DNA from: Bacteriovoracaceae bacterium
GTDB lineage: Bacteria; Bdellovibrionota; Bacteriovoracia; Bacteriovoracales; Bacteriovoracaceae
DNA length: 31,234 nucleotides
Direction: 5' to 3'
NCBI GenBank assembly: GCA_018649885.1
Contig: JABIHA010000085.1
Span: 162,744-193,977 of the forward strand
In this document: piece after piece, positions 27,088 through 31,234 of the stretch
Position numbering within the stretch: the first letter of the stretch is position 1
Layout of the letters: every line of letters starts with the position of its first letter
Translations under genes and position numbers: made by a program
The notes under the pieces: generated by a model
Told to the model about the DNA's origin: nothing
What the model saw: the letters and a program-made list of their open reading frames with translations, nothing else
The model's database searches: none

Positions 27088-27953
27088 GCTCTCCTTTTAT
27101 AAGTGTGATCATCCCCACCTATAACCGTTCTAGTATTGTTCTGCGGGCCCTTAAGTCTGTACTGGATCAAACATACACTAATTTTGAAGTGTGGATTGTT
27201 GATGATGGATCTACTGATGAGAGCTTCCAAGTTATAAACTGGTATATAAATAAAAATCAGCTGGCAGATAAAGTCCATCTGTTAAAAACAACTAACCGTG
27301 GGGTATCGGCTGCCAGAAATGAGGCCTTAAAAAAATCTTCCGGTGAATGGATTGCTCTTCTTGATTCTGATGATGAATGGATGCCTGACAAACTTCAATC
27401 TCAGATAGATTATGTGGCCCAAAATCCTCAGGTGCCTCTTGTTCACGGCGAAGAGATCTGGATTCGAAATGGCACAAGAGTCAATGCCATGAGAAAACAC
27501 AAAAAATTTGGTGGGAAAATTTTTGAAAAATGTCTTCCTCTTTGCCTTATTTCTCCCTCTGCTTCAATGATTAGAAGGTCTGTTTTAGCAGACATGAATG
27601 GATTTGATGAGAGTTTCACTGTTTGTGAGGATTATGATTTATGGCTTAAAATTACGTCTCAATATGAAGTGGGTTTTATAGAAAAACCCCTTATTAGAAA
27701 ATTTGGTGGTCACAGTGACCAACTTTCAAGACAGTACAAAGCGATGGATTACTACCGTGTAAAATCAATGGACGGTGTTTATAAAAATGGAAATTTAAAA
27801 AATGAGTGGAAGGTAAGTCTAAAAAAACAATTGATCAGAAAATGTGAGATTCTTTTGAAAGGCTACAAAAAGTATCAAAACTTTGAAAATTTTGATGAAA
27901 TTTCTGGGTTGAAAAAAGAATACCACAACCTACTAGTCACACATGAAGCCTAG
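27084..27953 (+). CDS. Glycosyltransferase family 2
   Basis: Motifs SVIIPTYNR, VDDGSTD, GVSAARN, LDSDD and CEDYDLWL; ATGA overlap with the upstream gene. Confidence 0.92.
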   Translation: MSSPFISVIIPTYNRSSIVLRALKSVLDQTYTNFEVWIVDDGSTDESFQVINWYINKNQLADKVHLLKTTNRGVSAARNEALKKSSGEWIALLDSDDEWMPDKLQSQIDYVAQNPQVPLVHGEEIWIRNGTRVNAMRKHKKFGGKIFEKCLPLCLISPSASMIRRSVLADMNGFDESFTVCEDYDLWLKITSQYEVGFIEKPLIRKFGGHSDQLSRQYKAMDYYRVKSMDGVYKNGNLKNEWKVSLKKQLIRKCEILLKGYKKYQNFENFDEISGLKKEYHNLLVTHEA

Positions 27954-28944
27954 TGTCGTCTACTCTCAAAGTCTAAAACATAACCTATCCCAATACGGCA
28001 TAGAGGTTCCGCTTAAGGATACTCGCGCCGAATTAACACTTGAGCACCTTTTTTCCATTCCACAACTTGGAGCTGTTAAAGAGAAGTGGTTCCATGAATT
28101 TATGGGAGAACCCTACAGTGTAGAAAGGCTTAATCAGTGTCATGACCAGGTATATGTGGACATGATTACCAATCATCCCGAGATGGCCTTGATTAAGTCT
28201 TTTGAATTGGTTGATGATAAGGGCAACTACAATCGCTATAACCCAAAGGCCGCTACATCTCCCTTGAAAGAGATGGTGAACTCTCATCTACTTCATGTGC
28301 AGGCCCTAATAGAATCCTCAAATCGTGCACTTCAGACAGGGTTTAGCTACTTGCTGGGCGGTGGAATGCATCACGCTATGAGTTTTGGAGGCAGAGGTTT
28401 TTGTTTTGTTAATGACATTGTAATCACTCTTACTGAGCTACTCAGAGCTGGAAAAATTAATTCAGCATGGGTCATTGATGTGGACTGTCATAAGGGAGAT
28501 GGCACAGCGGAGCTGACAAAAGACAATGATTTGATTCAGACTTTGAGTATTCATATGAAAGATGGATGGCCCCTAGATGATCAAAATGCAAGTGCACCTC
28601 AATTTACCCCCAGTACTGTTGATATTCCCATTGGTGTTGGTGAAGAGGGTCTTTATCTAAGTGAGCTTGAAAGGGGCCTTAACAGGCTAAGAGACAATTC
28701 TAGGCTGCCTGGGTTATGTATTGTGGTTGGGGGAGCTGACCCTTATGAAAAAGATATTTTAAAAAGTGCAGAACTTCTCAAATTGAGTGAGGACCAGATG
28801 CTGGCCAGAGATATGCTCGTTTTCAATTTTTTGAAGCAGCTAGGAGTCCCACAAAGTTATTGTATTGCAGGGGGATATGGTCACGATGTTTGGAAAATCT
28901 ATGCAAACTTTTTAGAAAAAGTATTGCTCCAGAGCTACCTTTAA
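27943..28944 (+). CDS. Histone deacetylase family protein
   Basis: Motifs GGGMHHA, GFC, DVDCHKGDGT, GADP and GGY. Confidence 0.9.
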   Translation: MKPSVVYSQSLKHNLSQYGIEVPLKDTRAELTLEHLFSIPQLGAVKEKWFHEFMGEPYSVERLNQCHDQVYVDMITNHPEMALIKSFELVDDKGNYNRYNPKAATSPLKEMVNSHLLHVQALIESSNRALQTGFSYLLGGGMHHAMSFGGRGFCFVNDIVITLTELLRAGKINSAWVIDVDCHKGDGTAELTKDNDLIQTLSIHMKDGWPLDDQNASAPQFTPSTVDIPIGVGEEGLYLSELERGLNRLRDNSRLPGLCIVVGGADPYEKDILKSAELLKLSEDQMLARDMLVFNFLKQLGVPQSYCIAGGYGHDVWKIYANFLEKVLLQSYL

Positions 28945-29138
28945 GTCTGGCGTTGTGTGAGAATTTACATTTACATCAGTTAAATTCATTTAATTCTTGT
29001 TAAGAATAAATCGTTTTATGCATTGTTTTTATAGGTTTAATGGGCTTTTTGGAGTTAATGACCAACGCATAACTTCTTGACTTGAAAGTTGTGTGCCCAT
29101 TAACTTTAAATTTAATTCAGTAAATTCGGGAGAGAAGG

Positions 29139-29780
29139 TTGAAGAGAAGGATTGATATCTGGGTACTAGATGACTGTCAAAATAGTATTCAGGTTTACCG
29201 CCAGGCATTGGGCGTCCGCTATAACATTCGATTTTTCTCGGACTTTGAAAATTTCTTTGGGGCCCTTCAATCTGATGTAAGTCGCCCTGAGTTATCAATT
29301 ATTGAACCTCTTTTGGGTGATGAGCAAATTTTTGACTACACTCTCAATGAATTGAATAAAGATGCACTAGCAAAAATGAATCACATTGTGGTCACCAGTA
29401 TTGATGATATAGATGTCATGCGCCACTGCTATTTTGCTGGGGCCCGCGACTATGTGGTTAAGCCATTTAGTAAAAATGAATTGGTGATTCGAGTTGAGAG
29501 AATCGTCGATCCAAATGCTATCGGTCATTTAGAGGTGAAGCAATTTAACCTGGCAAGCTTGACTCACAGGGAGAGACAGATTCTTGAGTGTTTTCTCAAT
29601 TCTCCTTCAAGGGGTCCTGTTACAAGAGAAGAGATTCAGCAGAAGGTTTGGAAAGGAATCGCTGTTACTCCCAAAACATTAGATGTTCATATACATAATC
29701 TTCGAAAAAAGCTTGTGGATGCCAACTTTCAAATCCTCAGTAGAGGGCAAGGTGAGTGGCAACTAGAGCAAATTTCTTAG
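29139..29780 (+). CDS. OmpR/PhoB-family response regulator with atypical receiver
   Basis: VLDD...GARDYVVKPF; winged helix LTHRERQIL...TREEI..KVW...LDVHIHNLRKKL. Confidence 0.88.
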   Translation: MKRRIDIWVLDDCQNSIQVYRQALGVRYNIRFFSDFENFFGALQSDVSRPELSIIEPLLGDEQIFDYTLNELNKDALAKMNHIVVTSIDDIDVMRHCYFAGARDYVVKPFSKNELVIRVERIVDPNAIGHLEVKQFNLASLTHRERQILECFLNSPSRGPVTREEIQQKVWKGIAVTPKTLDVHIHNLRKKLVDANFQILSRGQGEWQLEQIS

Positions 29781-30661
29781 GCATTTTCCAGTAAATTTTT
29801 TGACTTTGATTTCCCTGCAGGTACAGCTACCACTTGTCTTGAAAAAGCATCTTCAGAAAATTCAGATAAAAGACGTGTGAATGCACTTGTTTGCTCAATG
29901 TGAAAGGTGTGCCCACACTCCGAGCGCATCACTTTCTCGCGCCAAAACCAATAGACTTCCAGTTCATTAAAATAGTTTGGATCGATCACTTTTTCTTTGG
30001 TCCCAATGCATACGCAAAGAGGTACTTTGAGTTTTTCTATGATTTCTAATTCATTTAAAAAGTTTAGCTCGCCCACTGATTTGGCCATGAACTCACGTGC
30101 ATTTGGATCGGTACTTAGTATTGAATTGGCAAATTCATCTATTGCCTCAGTATTTTTTTCGCTTTCATAAAAACAAACCTGTGAAAGTTTTTGTGCCATC
30201 TCTTTGTCGACTTCTGCACTAAAAAATCCTGCAACTTCAGGTGTTGGTAAAAAGGCCCGTGCCATTTCAGGCGGATTGCCAAGCGGAGGAGTTCCCCAAA
30301 CCATGACACCCTTTAGGTTTTGGCAATTTGGAGCAGCTTCTATGGCAATATGACCACCAAGGCTGTGACCGGCCAGAATTACATTTTTTAAATCATTTTT
30401 TTGAACAAACTCAGTGATTAGAGTTGCATAGTAGGGGAGATGGTAATTATTTGGGTCACAGGCCTTCTCACTCTTTCCATGTCCCATTAGGTCGATGGCA
30501 AGTAAATGATATTTTTGTAATATCGCAGAGTCCATTACTTCACGAAAACTTTGAGAAGAACTAGAGTTACCGTGGATAAATACAATGGATTGTGACGCTG
30601 GATCTCCGGCTTCACAGTAGCTAATATTTTGTCCTGAAATTACAATTTCTTTTCGATTCAT
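29777..30661 (-). CDS. Alpha/beta hydrolase
   Basis: Motifs FIHGNSSS, DLMGHGKS, nucleophile GHSLGG and C-terminal CGH. Start could be 30661, 30673 or 30688. Confidence 0.9.
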   Translation of the reverse strand: MNRKEIVISGQNISYCEAGDPASQSIVFIHGNSSSSQSFREVMDSAILQKYHLLAIDLMGHGKSEKACDPNNYHLPYYATLITEFVQKNDLKNVILAGHSLGGHIAIEAAPNCQNLKGVMVWGTPPLGNPPEMARAFLPTPEVAGFFSAEVDKEMAQKLSQVCFYESEKNTEAIDEFANSILSTDPNAREFMAKSVGELNFLNELEIIEKLKVPLCVCIGTKEKVIDPNYFNELEVYWFWREKVMRSECGHTFHIEQTSAFTRLLSEFSEDAFSRQVVAVPAGKSKSKNLLENA

Positions 30662-30720
30662 AATACCGTCCATATAAGTTTTCACCATGAATATTAAAAG
30701 TTTATAGCATGGTCAAATTT

Positions 30721-30987
30721 TTAGGTTTTAGAGCAACTAGTGCTGTAGACCCTTTGTAAACCAGTGATCATTTCGCTGGTATTTTGGTGCTGAGTACTTA
30801 GCTTCTCTAGTTCCCCTGCGTTTTTATCAGCATTTTTCTTTAAGCTATTGATTTTTGTCATACTAGTAGAATTGCTCGATTCAAGAGCTTTAATCTTCAT
30901 ACCAATGATTTTGCATGACTCTGGAGATCCTGCCCAACTACTTGAAATTAACAGAGACAAAAGGCCAGAAATGATTGCATATTTCAC
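30721..30987 (-). CDS. Small secreted helical protein with 2 Cys
   Basis: GTG at 30987 preceded by AAGGAG; signal peptide MKYAIISGLLSLLISSSWA. Confidence 0.65.
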   Translation of the reverse strand: MKYAIISGLLSLLISSSWAGSPESCKIIGMKIKALESSNSTSMTKINSLKKNADKNAGELEKLSTQHQNTSEMITGLQRVYSTSCSKT

Positions 30988-31094
30988 TAATTTGCTCCTT
31001 ATTTTGGGTGCGAGATATCTTGTCATAGCTTGATCAAATTTTGGTGTGGAGTGTAAGAAGGATAGGGGGTGTTTAGCATTTGGTCACCTTTTGC

Positions 31095-31234
31095 GTAACT
31101 GCCCAATATACTGTTTTTAAAGAGATCGTATAGTTTGGGCAAGAAAAGGAAGTTCTCCGCGGGTCGAAGTTCGGTCATCTAGGTATTTCCAAAAACTCAC
31201 ACCAAGCTTTCTGCAAGTTGAGATTATTGATAAC
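31095..31234 (-). mobile_element. Right end of an IS66-family insertion sequence
   Basis: Terminus GTAACTGCCCAA at 31095 (IS66 inverted repeats begin GTAA), 22 bp beyond the transposase stop. Confidence 0.7.
31117..31233 (-). CDS. IS66-family transposase C-terminus (truncated by the window edge)
   Basis: Manual translation LSIISTCRKLGVSFWKYLDDRTSTRGELPFLAQTIRSL* matches the IS66 C-terminal TC-x-x-x-G-x-x-x-x-x-YL pattern. Confidence 0.75.
   Translation of the reverse strand, partial: LSIISTCRKLGVSFWKYLDDRTSTRGELPFLAQTIRSL

Noticed and set aside
1..31234. CRISPR array, tRNA/rRNA, defence island or prophage
   Set aside because: I saw no regularly spaced repeats, cloverleaf or rRNA signatures, or phage/defence domains by eye.

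Overview
A gene-dense, AT-rich bacterial chromosomal segment. Its gene mix (REC-HD-GYP proteins, a degenerate PilZ-like protein, secreted proteases, DUF4340, an Rsm22-like methyltransferase) suggests a Bdellovibrionota/Bacteriovoracia-like predator; this is inference only. It is mostly housekeeping: dppA-like SBP, sfsA, pyrE, gltA, pdp, lplA, rpmG-rpmE2, rpmB, tatA, an exbB/exbD-like pair, a transketolase-family enzyme, a porin, an AKR-GT2-HDAC operon and an OmpR-family regulator. The ORF track misses rpmG (14250-14429) and the 3' end of an IS66-family transposase with its terminal repeat at the right edge. There are two notable non-coding signals. (1) A 180-bp gap-free fold-back element at 25892-26071, flanked by TTA direct repeats, whose mismatches become G-U and tandem G-A pairs mainly on the minus strand. 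(2) A candidate sigma-54-driven ~100-nt small RNA at ~4382-4483 (minus strand) with its own terminator and two upstream 17-bp dyads. I saw no rRNA, tRNA or CRISPR array.
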